Shown: positions 38,992 through 48,354 of the stretch, piece after piece | How the letters are laid out: every line of letters begins with the position of its first letter | Numbering within the stretch: position 1 is the first letter of the stretch | From: an uncultured Rickettsiales bacterium | Lineage (GTDB): Bacteria; Myxococcota_A; UBA796; UBA9615; CAYRNR01 | Direction of reading: 5' to 3' | Length of the DNA stretch: 64,000 nt | Assembly (NCBI GenBank): GCA_964558555.1 | Contig: CAZLEO010000008.1 | Coordinates: 61-64,060 of the forward strand | Translations under genes and position numbers: made by a program | The notes under the pieces: generated by a model | Seen by the model: only the letters and a program-made list of their open reading frames with translations | Database searches by the model: none | What the model was told of the DNA's origin: nothing

Positions 38992-39594
38992 CTACAGCGG
39001 CACCGCCGGCCCGTCGGCCGGGTCGTCCTCGGGGAGCGTCTCGTCGAGCTCCTGCATCAGGCCGGGGTCGTGCAGCAGCTCCATCAGCAGTTCCGTGAAC
39101 TCGTCGGCCTTGTCCACGCAGAAGTACATGTTGCCGAGGAACTCTTCGCGGTCGATGAGGGCCGTGGGGAACTCCAGCGACACCACCGGCTCGAACGTCT
39201 CGTCCAGCCCCACCTTCACCTGGTTCCAGTTGAAGTTCATCCGCCCGATCACCGCGAACAGCGCCAGGTTCAGCCGCTCGTTGCGCTCCCCCAGCAGCTG
39301 GGTCACCGGCCGCAGCCAGACCACGTACGTCGTGAACGTCTCCTCGAACTCCACGTACACGTCCCACGACCGGTCCTCGACGTCGCTCGCGAACGGCAGC
39401 TTCCACAGCCCGTACTGCGCCTTCACGTCCACCCGTTGCCGCTCGTAATGCAGGTCCTGCTCGTCCATCCACCCCTCGAGCAGCTCCACACTCGGCGTCG
39501 GCTTCGCCTCCCGCAGATTCTTCCGCGTCACCCCACACCCCACCAGCAGCGGCACCACCACCACCACGGCCATCCACCTCGCCGGAATCCTCAT
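38992..39594 (-). CDS. Hypothetical lipoprotein, co-directional with and upstream of htrA.
   Basis: MRIPARWMAVVVVVPLLVGC. GGAGGGAGG Shine-Dalgarno sequence. Confidence 0.5.
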   Translation of the reverse strand: MRIPARWMAVVVVVPLLVGCGVTRKNLREAKPTPSVELLEGWMDEQDLHYERQRVDVKAQYGLWKLPFASDVEDRSWDVYVEFEETFTTYVVWLRPVTQLLGERNERLNLALFAVIGRMNFNWNQVKVGLDETFEPVVSLEFPTALIDREEFLGNMYFCVDKADEFTELLMELLHDPGLMQELDETLPEDDPADGPAVPL

Positions 39595-39699
39595 CGCCAG
39601 CCTCCCTCCGAGGGAGTGCAGAACCAGGGCAGGAACACGAGACCCTCTCCCCTTCAACGTAGCATTCGGCCCCCTGTCCCCCAAAAACACCCCCCATGC

Positions 39700-39890
39700 C
39701 AACTAACTCCCGAGATGGCCGGCATCTCGCCCACAAGTTGGCATCGATGGGGGGAAGGGTATGGATAGTGCCCGAGCTGTGGACAACCCTGCGGGTTGCC
39801 CCCAGCTCGTTGGATAACCCCTTCGGGGTTACCCACACTCTCCACACCCTCGACGACTACAAAAAAAAAGAAAAAATGAGCTCTAGGGAA
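39700..39890. repeat. REP-like hairpins downstream of the RAYT gene, plus an atypical A-rich tract.
   Basis: ATGCCAACT/AGTTGGCAT inverted repeat. Hairpins caaccctgcgggttg and aaccccttcggggtt. acaaaaaaaaagaaaaaatg occurs in a ~70% GC background. Confidence 0.45.
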
Positions 39891-39977
39891 TCGTCGTCGC
39901 GGCGGTGGGCATGTGGGAAACCACGGAGAAAAGCGGCGTGACACGCCATGTCCACGGCCGATCCCCCAAGCCTTCGG

Positions 39978-40748
39978 TCACCCCAGCCGCGCCACCGCCA
40001 CCTCGATTCCCATCCGCAGCAACACCGCCTCGAGTTCCCGTTCCTCGACGGGTCGCTTCGACAGCTTCCTCGCGGCTTCGCGGGAGATGTGGAGGGCTGC
40101 CGTGACATCCCGGGTCGGGAGGCCAGCCTCTCGGCCGAGCGCCACGACCAGGGCCTTAGCGTGGGTCTCGGGTGCGGTGCGGCCGGAGAGGTCTGGTGGC
40201 GCGTTGGCCACGAATGACGCCGCAGCGGTCAGGGACTCGACATCGGCGCCGCGCAGCTGTCTCACGTCGAGCTGGCGGACTCCTTGGGGATTCAAGCCGG
40301 CCGATCTCCAGGCCTCGGCCGGCCGGTACCTCGGCAACACATCGGGGATGCGCAGCTCACAGATGACCCGCGCACCGACGATGTCCGGGAACGCACTGCC
40401 CGACCACAGCGCCGGGTGCGCGTCGAGGCCGTGCTTGGCTGGCTGCTCGATGGTGTAGCCAACGAGCCTGAGCAGGTGGGCCCGGCTTTCCACCGGCTTG
40501 ATGTACGGTTGCTCGAATTCCCTCCCGGCGATCGGCCGCAAGCCCAGGAGCAGGGCCCGCGACAACTTGCCCGCTGTCGCTCGGTCGCAGACCACCACCA
40601 CGTGCAGGTGGTCGTCGACGATGCCGAATGTGATCAGATGGGGGCCGGCCCGCTGGACCACGACGGCGACGGCAGCTCTCCGCTGACGCTCCGTGGGGAA
40701 CAGGGGGTGGCGGCCGTCCGAGGAGAACCTCAGATGCCAGATTTCCAT
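39978..40748 (-). CDS. REP-associated tyrosine transposase (RAYT; IS200/IS605 Y1 HUH family) with a C-terminal HTH-like extension.
   Basis: HUH motif DDHLHVVVV. Catalytic Tyr motif GYTIEQPAKHGL, compared with E. coli RAYT YIYINPVKHGWV. Confidence 0.65.
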   Translation of the reverse strand: MEIWHLRFSSDGRHPLFPTERQRRAAVAVVVQRAGPHLITFGIVDDHLHVVVVCDRATAGKLSRALLLGLRPIAGREFEQPYIKPVESRAHLLRLVGYTIEQPAKHGLDAHPALWSGSAFPDIVGARVICELRIPDVLPRYRPAEAWRSAGLNPQGVRQLDVRQLRGADVESLTAAASFVANAPPDLSGRTAPETHAKALVVALGREAGLPTRDVTAALHISREAARKLSKRPVEERELEAVLLRMGIEVAVARLG

Positions 40749-40893
40749 GGGTACTTCTTTCCCCGTGGGGGCGAGGGCGAAGGGAATCTAGTCACGACGC
40801 CGAGGGGCACAAGTAGGGAAGGATGTAGCCGTTCCAGGGCCTTGGAAAAGATGGTCCGTGATATGAACGGAAAGACAAGGGGGTGCCGGACGC

Positions 40894-41838
40894 ATGCGAT
40901 GGGAACCGTTTCTCATTCTCTATGTCCTCGGCTCGCTCGGTTGTTCGGCCGGCGATGTGCCAGCGGGTGCTGACGACGACGTCGTTGACGACGACGACAG
41001 CGACGCGCTCGAGTCGGGTGAGTGGAGAACGGTGCAGGCGTCATACGTGTTCTCGTGCGGCCTGCGGACTGAAGGACGCGTCGAATGCTGGGGATTGGAG
41101 AGCGAGGGAGAGTGCGCGCCGCCCCTGGGGCTCTATCGAGAGATCAGCGTGGGGATGAACCACAGCTGCGGCATCCTCGACGGCGGCCAGGTGGTCTGCT
41201 GGGGTAGCAATGCCGTCGGTCAGAACGACGTTCCTGACGGTGAGTTCTCCATGGTCGTTGCCGGCCTCGGCAGTTTCTCGTGCGGGCTGGAACCTGCCGG
41301 GAGCGCGCGATGCTGGGGAGCCGTCCAGTTCGACGGGTTGGAGGAGTATCCATTGGCCGCGCTGACGACCCTGAGCGCGGGATCGGCGCACGTGTGCGGC
41401 TTGACCGCGGAGGGCGAGGCCGTGTGCTGGGGCTGTGACGGCCCGACCTATCACCATAACGGGCAGTGCACACCGCCTGCGGGTGCCTTCAGGCAAGTGT
41501 CGGCCGGGAACTACCACACCTGCGGGATCGCCCAGGATGGCCAGCTGGGCTGCTGGGGCTGCTGGGACCCGGATCGGAACCATGGGCAATGCGCCCCCCC
41601 CTCAGGAACCTTCGAGTACGTCGACTGCGGGGTGGACGCCTGCTGCGCCATCGACGACGGGCAGACCATCCATTGCTGGGGCCGGGCCAACGTGGGACAG
41701 GGGGAGATCATCCCCTCGCTGGCAGCGCTGTCCTATCGCCAGGTCCATGTGGGCGTGGAGCACTCCTGCGCCGTGCACACCACAGGTGAGGCCGTGTGCT
41801 GGGGGTACAACTGGTACGACCAGTGCGACGTCCCGTGA
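40894..41838 (+). CDS. Lipoprotein with RCC1-like repeats (beta-propeller).
   Basis: Lipobox LGSLGC. Asp-rich linker. Repeated HxCG..DG..xCWG blades (RCC1-like). Confidence 0.65.
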   Translation: MRWEPFLILYVLGSLGCSAGDVPAGADDDVVDDDDSDALESGEWRTVQASYVFSCGLRTEGRVECWGLESEGECAPPLGLYREISVGMNHSCGILDGGQVVCWGSNAVGQNDVPDGEFSMVVAGLGSFSCGLEPAGSARCWGAVQFDGLEEYPLAALTTLSAGSAHVCGLTAEGEAVCWGCDGPTYHHNGQCTPPAGAFRQVSAGNYHTCGIAQDGQLGCWGCWDPDRNHGQCAPPSGTFEYVDCGVDACCAIDDGQTIHCWGRANVGQGEIIPSLAALSYRQVHVGVEHSCAVHTTGEAVCWGYNWYDQCDVP

Positions 41839-41862
41839 TTGGGGACGCGCCCGCCCGGGGCT

Positions 41863-44800
41863 CTACGGCCGGCGACGAATCCTTGCCTTGAACATCCCCG
41901 AGTACGCCAGCTCGACGCCGACGATGGTGCTCAGCCCCGGGTCGGAGGTGGCGTCGACCTTGCCGCGGTAGGCGAGGAGGTCGGCGTAGACCTTGAGGTG
42001 GAGGTGGCCGAGGAGGACGACGCCGAGCTCGGAGCGGAAGTTGGCGGAGATGAGGAGGTCCTCGTCGGTGTCGTCGCGGTGGGGGAACCAGCCGGAGAGG
42101 ACGAGGGTGTTGGCCCACTTGAGGGGGCCGCGGGAGACCTCCTGGGCGATGTCGAGGGAGATGCCGGCCTCGAGGGCGCCGGAGTCGGCGGAGAGGTCGT
42201 ACTCGATGAAGGGGCCGGTCTTGATGGTCTTGACGGTGGGGATGAGGTTGGAGGCGGTGGCGCCGGCGGTGCCGCGCAGATCCTTCTGGCGGGGCTGCTG
42301 GCCGATGACGGCGCCGTCGTCGGCGAGCTCGTCGGCGCGGAGGAACTCGGTGTCGTAGGAGGCCTGGAGGAAGGGGTAGACCGGGGCCTTGCGGATGGAC
42401 AGGGCCTTGAGGCCGAGGTCGGCGGAGAGCAACAGGTCGTCCTCGAGCTCGGTGGGGTCCTCTTCGCCGATGGTGTTGAGGGTGAGCACGGCCTTGCCGC
42501 GGGTCTCGAAGACGAGGTTGCGGGTGTCGATGCCCAGGGTGCCGTCGGCGCGCAGGCCGAAGGTGAAGGAGCCGGGGGTGGTGATGCGGCTCTCGCGGAC
42601 GTTGGCGTAGGGCTCCTGGTCGCCGTTGACCATGTAGCGGGTGAGCACGACGCCGAGGTTGTCGGCGCGGGCGTAGAACATGGGGTGGATGGTCTCGCCG
42701 CGCTCGCGCAGCCAGTCCGACAGCTGGGCGCGGTAGGCCTCGTCGAAGCCGTCGTGGGTGTCGCGGGCGTCGTGGAGTCCGCGCAGGACCTGCGCCCGCA
42801 GGGTCAGGGGCTGGCCGTGCAGGGTGGGGCGGAAGCCGCGGTCGGTGGTGCGGAAGCGCGTCTTGGGCTTGGCGCCGCCGATCACCGACGTGACCGATGC
42901 GTAGTCGCGCAGCTTCGAGGTGGTCAGCACGCGGTAGGTGTCGCCGCCGACCAGGGGCCGCCCGCCGACCTTGCCGTGGGTCGGGTCCAGGCCGGCGACC
43001 CAGGGCGCGCCGGTCCGCTTCTCGGACTCCACGTCGCCGCGGGTGGCGGTGCGGCGCGGGGCGCTGCGCGGTGCGTTGCGGGCGTCGCCGGTGAGGCGGA
43101 CCAGCTCCTTGAGCTGGGCGCCGGTGAGCTCCATCAGCTGCAGCTCGTCGGGCACGGCGAGGTAGGCCGACGCGTACATGTCGCGGGTCGCGCCGGAAAG
43201 GTCGACGGGCCACGGCAGGGGCGGCAGCACGACCACGTCGGCGCCGCTGCGCTCGAGCAGCACGTTGGCCGAGAGGTTGGCGAACAGGCTGCGGGTCATG
43301 CGCAGCTGCAGCCGCTCCACGGCCAGGGTGCCCGTGGCCATCTCCACCTCGATGACCCGCTGGTACGGCTGGCCCTGCACCAGGAACTGCAGGCGGTTGA
43401 CGTCCTCCTCGACCAGGGTGCGCAGGTCGGGGATGAGCACCGGCTCGCCGTCGAGGTAGACCGACTGGCGGATCTCCATGACCCGCGCCAGGCCCTCGGG
43501 ATCGGGCGGCAGCAGCTGGGTGATCGGCGTGGTGTTCAGCGCCAGCTCGGCCAGCCGGCCGTCGTCCATGCGCACGTCCAGCTGGCCGGTCTCCACACCC
43601 GACGCGTGGACCACCAGCAGGGGCGGGGGGTCGGGCGCGTACAGCCGCGCCGGCGCGGGGCGGACCGTCTGCTCCTGGGCGCGCGGCACCGCCGCGTGGA
43701 AGTCCCCCACGACCACGTCCACGTGGGCCAGGCGCGCCACGAGGTCGCCGAAGGTGTCCGGCTCGAACCCGGCCAGCAGCACGGTCAGATCGGGGTCGCG
43801 GCCCTCCCGCGCCCTGAGGGAATGCAGCGCCCGCTCCACGGCCGGGGCCGGGGATTCGATGTCCAGGCCGCTGCGCGCGGTGGAGTCCAGCTGCGCCTCG
43901 ATCGCCGGGTCCACCACGCCGATGAACGCCACGTCCACGTCGCCGAGCTGGATCATCTGCGCGCCGTCGAAGGGGTGATCCCCGGCGGCGTCGGTGAGGT
44001 TGGCGGCGATCACGGTGATGCCCGCCTCTTCGGCCTCGGTGGTGAGGTGATCCAGCCCCAGCATCAGCTCGGGCAGCCCCGGTGACAGCAGCCGCAGCCC
44101 GGCCTCACCCAGGCTGTCCCAGGACAGGGGGCGGTGCAGGCTGGCGTCCTGGCCCGGCACGAAGGAGCGCCCCTCCACCACGCCGCCGCTGGAGACGTAG
44201 ACCGCCGGCGCGTCGGCCCGTTCGATCAGCCCGCGCGTCAGGGCCATGCGACGCGTGCCCTCGCCCACCATGCGCGAGAGCTGGTGCAGGGTCCGCTGCT
44301 GGCCGGACTGCTCCACCACCACGGTTTCCTGGCTGCGCACCTCCCAGGTCGTGAACTCCTGTTCCAGGGGGGCGTCGGGGGGCATGCCCGGTCCCTGGGC
44401 CACCCACGCCTCGGCCCCGTCGGAGTTGCGGTAGCGGGTGAGCACACCCTGCAGGCGGATGGCGTCGCCGTACCCGTGGCGTTCGCCCATGGCGCGCTCG
44501 AGGTGGTCCAGCAGCTCCAGGTCCGGGTCGTGGACCCCCTGCACCAGCACGGCCAGGTCGGTGCGGATCACCGGCGCCGGGTCCACCCGCTCGACCACCT
44601 CGAAGCCCCCCGCCGGCAGGAACGTGATCGCGCTGGACAGCAGCCCGTCGTCGGTCCACAGGTAGCGCCCCTCGCGGTACAGCGCCCCCATGCCCGACTG
44701 CACCGACACGATGCGCCCGCCCTCCTGCTCCAGGTAGTCGAACAGCAGGTCGCCGAACCCCAGCTCCATGCGGCCGCTGCTCACGCCGCCGGTGTTGCCG

Positions 44801-44964
44801 TCGAAGACGATGCGGCAGTCCGGCGGCGGCTCGCCGATCTCGCCGGCCAGCTCACCCTCGTCCATCAGGTCGGGCTCGAGGAGTGGGGGATCTGCGGCGA
44901 GGGCGGGCAGGGCGGTGCCGAGGGTGAGGGCGAGGGTCAGAGCTGGGATATTGAAGGGACGCAA
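41863..44964 (-). CDS. Large secreted protein (1033 aa). Central region resembles 5'-nucleotidase/metallophosphoesterase domains; the C-terminus is beta-rich (possible outer-membrane domain).
   Basis: Signal peptide MRPFNIPALTLALTLGTALPALA. Apparent TTG start with an AGGGA Shine-Dalgarno sequence. The domain call is weak. Confidence 0.4.
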   Translation of the reverse strand: MRPFNIPALTLALTLGTALPALAADPPLLEPDLMDEGELAGEIGEPPPDCRIVFDGNTGGVSSGRMELGFGDLLFDYLEQEGGRIVSVQSGMGALYREGRYLWTDDGLLSSAITFLPAGGFEVVERVDPAPVIRTDLAVLVQGVHDPDLELLDHLERAMGERHGYGDAIRLQGVLTRYRNSDGAEAWVAQGPGMPPDAPLEQEFTTWEVRSQETVVVEQSGQQRTLHQLSRMVGEGTRRMALTRGLIERADAPAVYVSSGGVVEGRSFVPGQDASLHRPLSWDSLGEAGLRLLSPGLPELMLGLDHLTTEAEEAGITVIAANLTDAAGDHPFDGAQMIQLGDVDVAFIGVVDPAIEAQLDSTARSGLDIESPAPAVERALHSLRAREGRDPDLTVLLAGFEPDTFGDLVARLAHVDVVVGDFHAAVPRAQEQTVRPAPARLYAPDPPPLLVVHASGVETGQLDVRMDDGRLAELALNTTPITQLLPPDPEGLARVMEIRQSVYLDGEPVLIPDLRTLVEEDVNRLQFLVQGQPYQRVIEVEMATGTLAVERLQLRMTRSLFANLSANVLLERSGADVVVLPPLPWPVDLSGATRDMYASAYLAVPDELQLMELTGAQLKELVRLTGDARNAPRSAPRRTATRGDVESEKRTGAPWVAGLDPTHGKVGGRPLVGGDTYRVLTTSKLRDYASVTSVIGGAKPKTRFRTTDRGFRPTLHGQPLTLRAQVLRGLHDARDTHDGFDEAYRAQLSDWLRERGETIHPMFYARADNLGVVLTRYMVNGDQEPYANVRESRITTPGSFTFGLRADGTLGIDTRNLVFETRGKAVLTLNTIGEEDPTELEDDLLLSADLGLKALSIRKAPVYPFLQASYDTEFLRADELADDGAVIGQQPRQKDLRGTAGATASNLIPTVKTIKTGPFIEYDLSADSGALEAGISLDIAQEVSRGPLKWANTLVLSGWFPHRDDTDEDLLISANFRSELGVVLLGHLHLKVYADLLAYRGKVDATSDPGLSTIVGVELAYSGMFKARIRRRP

Positions 44965-44982
44965 AGCGTCCCTGGTTATAAC

Positions 44983-45090
44983 GTTCCCACGGGGACCGTG
45001 GGAACGAGGAATCTGGGAATGGGGACCGTGGGAACGAGGAATCTGGGAATGGGGACCGTGGGAACGAGGAAATAGGAGAGGAATGGGGGA
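44983..45090. repeat. Perfect palindrome GTTCCCACGG-GG-ACCGTGGGAAC followed by three tandem 30-bp direct repeats (GGGGACCGTGGGAACGAGGAATCTGGGAAT).
   Basis: Read directly from the sequence. Located between the tatC stop and the start of the large secreted-protein gene. Confidence 0.8.
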
Positions 45091-45091
45091 A

Positions 45092-45877
45092 TCAGTCGGT
45101 GTCGTCGTCGGGCGGCTCCACCCACTTCACCAGCACGATGCCCAGCTCGTACAGCACCATCAGCGGCAGCCCCAGCGCGATCTGGGTCACCACGTCCGGG
45201 GGCGTGATCAGCGAGGCGAGCACGAACACGCCGATCAGCGCGAACGGTCGCGCCTTGCGCAGCAACGGGGTCCGCACGAACCCGATCTTGCCGAGGAACA
45301 TCATCGCCAGCGGTAGCTCGAACACGACCCCGAAGGCCAGCAGCAGCCGCGTGCTGAACGACAGGTACTCCCCGATGGTCAACATCGGCGCGGTCGTCTC
45401 GTTCCCGTAGCCCAGGAAGAACTTGCACGCCCACGGCAAGACGGCGAAGTAGCACGCGGCCGCGCCCGCGACGAACAGCGCGGTGCTGAACAACACGAAC
45501 GGCACCACGAGCTTGCGTTCCCTGGCGTACAGCCCCGGCGCGACGAACCGCCACCCCTGGTAGAAGAGCACCGGCGAGGCGACGAACACCGAGGCCAGCA
45601 GCGAGACCTTGAGGTAGGTCAGGAACGCCTCGGGGAGCTTGGTGTAGATGAACGTGGAGCCCTCGGGGAAGTAGGGCAGGGCCGGCAGGATCAGCAACTG
45701 GAAGAGCCGCTTGGAGAACAGCAGGCACACGCCCAGGGCCAGGGCATAGGCGATCATCCCGTGGATCATCCGCTTGCGGAGCTCTTCGAGGTGCTCCAGC
45801 AGCGGCATCCTGTATCCGTCGACCTCGTCGAGCAGGCCGTCCGGTCCCCCGCCGTTGGAGGCCGTTGCCGTGCTCAC
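45092..45877 (-). CDS. tatC: Twin-arginine translocase subunit TatC.
   Basis: Six-TM TatC signature (FSKRLFQLLILP...PLAMMFLGKIG). Confidence 0.9.
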   Translation of the reverse strand: MSTATASNGGGPDGLLDEVDGYRMPLLEHLEELRKRMIHGMIAYALALGVCLLFSKRLFQLLILPALPYFPEGSTFIYTKLPEAFLTYLKVSLLASVFVASPVLFYQGWRFVAPGLYARERKLVVPFVLFSTALFVAGAAACYFAVLPWACKFFLGYGNETTAPMLTIGEYLSFSTRLLLAFGVVFELPLAMMFLGKIGFVRTPLLRKARPFALIGVFVLASLITPPDVVTQIALGLPLMVLYELGIVLVKWVEPPDDDTD

Positions 45878-46161
45878 TCGTCTGCCCCAGGCTGCTCGGC
45901 GGATTCAGCGGCGTCGGGCGGTGTCATCGCCGGCGACCGCGACGGTCGGGCCACGAAGCGCCGCTTCTGGCCGGCGGGCCGCCTTGGGCTGTGGTCGGTC
46001 CCCTCGAGGATCAGGTTGCTCTTGAGGTCGTCCGTGACGCGCTTCGCCTCGGACATGGTTCGGAACAGGGTGCGGGCCACCTGCGGGAGCTTGTCGGGGC
46101 CGACGAACACCAGGACCAGCACGAGGATCACGGCGATCTCGGTGAAGCCTATGCTGGGCAT
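45874..46161 (-). CDS. tatA: Twin-arginine translocase TatA/TatB-family protein.
   Basis: GFTEIAVILVLVLVFVGPDKLPQVAR. GGAGG Shine-Dalgarno sequence. 4-nt overlap with tatC. Confidence 0.85.
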   Translation of the reverse strand: MPSIGFTEIAVILVLVLVFVGPDKLPQVARTLFRTMSEAKRVTDDLKSNLILEGTDHSPRRPAGQKRRFVARPSRSPAMTPPDAAESAEQPGADE

Positions 46162-47168
46162 GGCGGAGCCTCCTGATCCTCGCTGTCATCGGATGGTGGG
46201 CGAAGCTGGCAGTGCTGCTCGATGAACTCGACCATGGGGCCGGGATCGTCCAGTGGGAACCTCGGCCAGTCGCCGTCCACGCGCGAGTCCCCGACGACCG
46301 CCACCGTCGTGGACGGGGGGACGTGGGGTGGGGACGGGGCTCCCTCGCGGGTGATCAGGACGACCGGGACTCCTGCGTCCCGGTATCCCTCGATCAAGAC
46401 GATGTCCACGTCTCCGAGGAGGGGGACGAGGTCGGGCAGGGTCGTGTCGGACGGCAGGTCGCCGTGGGCGCCGACGCGGCCGTCGCCGGCGATGACGACC
46501 CGGGTGGAACCCGCCTCCCTGAGGCGGTACGAATCCTTGCCCTCGTGATCGATGTCGAACTCGTGGGCGTCGTGCTTGATCGTCCCCACCCGATACCCGC
46601 GGTCGGCCAGCGCGCGGATGAGGGTTTCGAGGTAGGTCGTCTTGCCGGTGCCCGAGGGCGCGACGAACGAGATCCTGGGCGCCTCGGGGTTGCGGTAGTG
46701 GCCACTGCGACCGCCGGACTTCTCCAGCAGCCGGACCCGGGACAGGACCATGGAGCGGTCCATGGACTTGCACATGTCGTACACCGTCAGGGCGGCCACG
46801 GTCGCGGCGGTGATGGCCTCCATCTCCACGCCGGTCCTGGCGAACGTCCTCGCCGAGGCCTCGATGGCGACCGCCCGGTCCAGCAGCCGGCACCGGACGT
46901 CCAGGTGGTCCAGCAGCAGGGGATGGCACATGGGGATCAGCTCGGCGGTCTTCTTGGCGGCCTGGATGCCGGCGATGCGGGCCGTCTCGAGGACGGGCCC
47001 CTTGGCCATGGCGCCGTCGCGGATGCGACCGATGACCTCGCGCGTGGTGAACACCCTCGCCGCCGCCCGCGCGAACCGCACGGTCTGCTCCTTGCCCGAG
47101 ACGTCCACCATGCGCGCTCGGCCCTGGCGATCGACGTGGGTGAAGTCACCCACTGCGGTCGCCGCCAC
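46149..47168 (-). CDS. moaC: MoaC (cyclic pyranopterin monophosphate synthase accessory protein) fused to MobB (molybdopterin-guanine dinucleotide biosynthesis adaptor GTPase).
   Basis: MoaC motifs THVD..MVDVS, MCHPL, YDMCK. MobB Walker A VAPSGTGKTT. The GTG start at 47168 is approximate. Confidence 0.75.
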   Translation of the reverse strand: MAATAVGDFTHVDRQGRARMVDVSGKEQTVRFARAAARVFTTREVIGRIRDGAMAKGPVLETARIAGIQAAKKTAELIPMCHPLLLDHLDVRCRLLDRAVAIEASARTFARTGVEMEAITAATVAALTVYDMCKSMDRSMVLSRVRLLEKSGGRSGHYRNPEAPRISFVAPSGTGKTTYLETLIRALADRGYRVGTIKHDAHEFDIDHEGKDSYRLREAGSTRVVIAGDGRVGAHGDLPSDTTLPDLVPLLGDVDIVLIEGYRDAGVPVVLITREGAPSPPHVPPSTTVAVVGDSRVDGDWPRFPLDDPGPMVEFIEQHCQLRPPSDDSEDQEAPPCPA

Positions 47169-48354
47169 GGATGAGCTGGAAGTGGACCTCCTCGCCGGCG
47201 CGCAGGGCGTGCTCGCCCGCGGGCAGGGGCACCAGCGCGTTGGCCGCGGCCGTGGCGAAGACATCCGCCGAGCCGCTCCCCGGGCGAGCCGTGACCTCGT
47301 AGTGGTCGTCGCACCACCGCGCGGTCACCAGCGCGAACAGTTCTCGCTTGCTCTGGTACCACGCGTCGTCGCTCAGCACCCCCCGATGTCGTGGGGGCGC
47401 CGGGACGTGGCCCGTCATCTTGGCCACGGCCGCGGAGACGTACACCTGGAACGCCACCACCGTCGCGAGGGGATTGCCGGGCGCGCCGAAGACCAGGGTC
47501 CGGCCCCGCGTGCCGAACCACAGCGGTTTGCCGGGCTTTTGCAGCACCCTGTGGAAGCAGCACTCGACGCCCAGCTCCTCCAGGGTGTCCGGCACGAGAT
47601 CGTACTTGCCCCGCGACACACCTCCGGCGATCACGACCACGTCGCTCGCCAGCGCGTCTTGCAGGGTGGTCCGGAGTACGTCCGGATCGTCCGTCGCGCG
47701 CAGCAAGGTGATCTTGTCGAGCCCCAGGCAGCGCGCCTGCGCGGCCAGGGACACCCCGTTGGAGTCCCGGATCTGATGGGGGCCGGGCTCGCTGTCGATG
47801 GAGACCAGCTCGTCGCCGGTGGTGACCACCGCCAGGGACGGGGTCCGCCGGACGCGCACGAGGGTGCGGCCCTCGGCGGCCAGCGCCGCGATCCCGATGG
47901 GGGTCACGACGGCGCCCTCCGGCAGGATCACCTCACCTTCGGCCGTGGAGCTGCCCCTTCGAGCCACGTGCTGTCCGGCCTTGACCTCGTCTGCGAAGTG
48001 GATCGCGTCTCCGCTGCGCGAGGTCATCTCCACCGGGACCACGGCGTCTGCGCCATCGGGGAGGGGGCCACCAGTCATGACCTCCATGCACGCGCCGGAT
48101 CGCACGTGGGTGATCGCGACCGCTCCGGCCGGGCACTCTCCGATCCGCAGCAGGGTCACCCCGGCCCGGACCTCCGCGGAGCGCACCGCGTACCCGTCCA
48201 TCATCACCTTGTCGAACGCCGGGTGGGAGGACGAGGTGACGAGCGCCTCGCTCAGGACGCGGCCGACCGCACAGTGGATGGGGATGACGATGTTGCCGAG
48301 GGTCTCCGGACAGGCGGCGAGGACCTCCTCGAGGGCTTGTTCGACGGTGATCAT
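47146..48354 (-). CDS. moeA: Molybdopterin molybdenumtransferase MoeA.
   Basis: MoeA N-terminal and MoCF-binding motifs (DGYAV, GGVSRGKYD). Confidence 0.85.
   Translation of the reverse strand: MITVEQALEEVLAACPETLGNIVIPIHCAVGRVLSEALVTSSSHPAFDKVMMDGYAVRSAEVRAGVTLLRIGECPAGAVAITHVRSGACMEVMTGGPLPDGADAVVPVEMTSRSGDAIHFADEVKAGQHVARRGSSTAEGEVILPEGAVVTPIGIAALAAEGRTLVRVRRTPSLAVVTTGDELVSIDSEPGPHQIRDSNGVSLAAQARCLGLDKITLLRATDDPDVLRTTLQDALASDVVVIAGGVSRGKYDLVPDTLEELGVECCFHRVLQKPGKPLWFGTRGRTLVFGAPGNPLATVVAFQVYVSAAVAKMTGHVPAPPRHRGVLSDDAWYQSKRELFALVTARWCDDHYEVTARPGSGSADVFATAAANALVPLPAGEHALRAGEEVHFQLIRGGDRSG

Noticed and set aside
39600-39980. Checked for tRNA/ncRNA in the low-GC intergenic regions (also 5628-5713 and 40749-40893).
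   Set aside because: No cloverleaf-compatible or tRNA-like conserved boxes found by eye. Only the palindromes reported above.
41839-44085. 748-aa + strand ORF; also 60460-63417 + (985 aa) and 56590-57744 +.
   Set aside because: Antisense to genes with a signal peptide, CxxCH motifs or Mo-bisPGD motifs. Gly/Val/Ala-rich artefacts.
44991-45090. The 30-bp x3 direct repeats as a CRISPR array.
   Set aside because: Only three contiguous units with no spacers and no cas genes. More likely binding sites or a terminator region.
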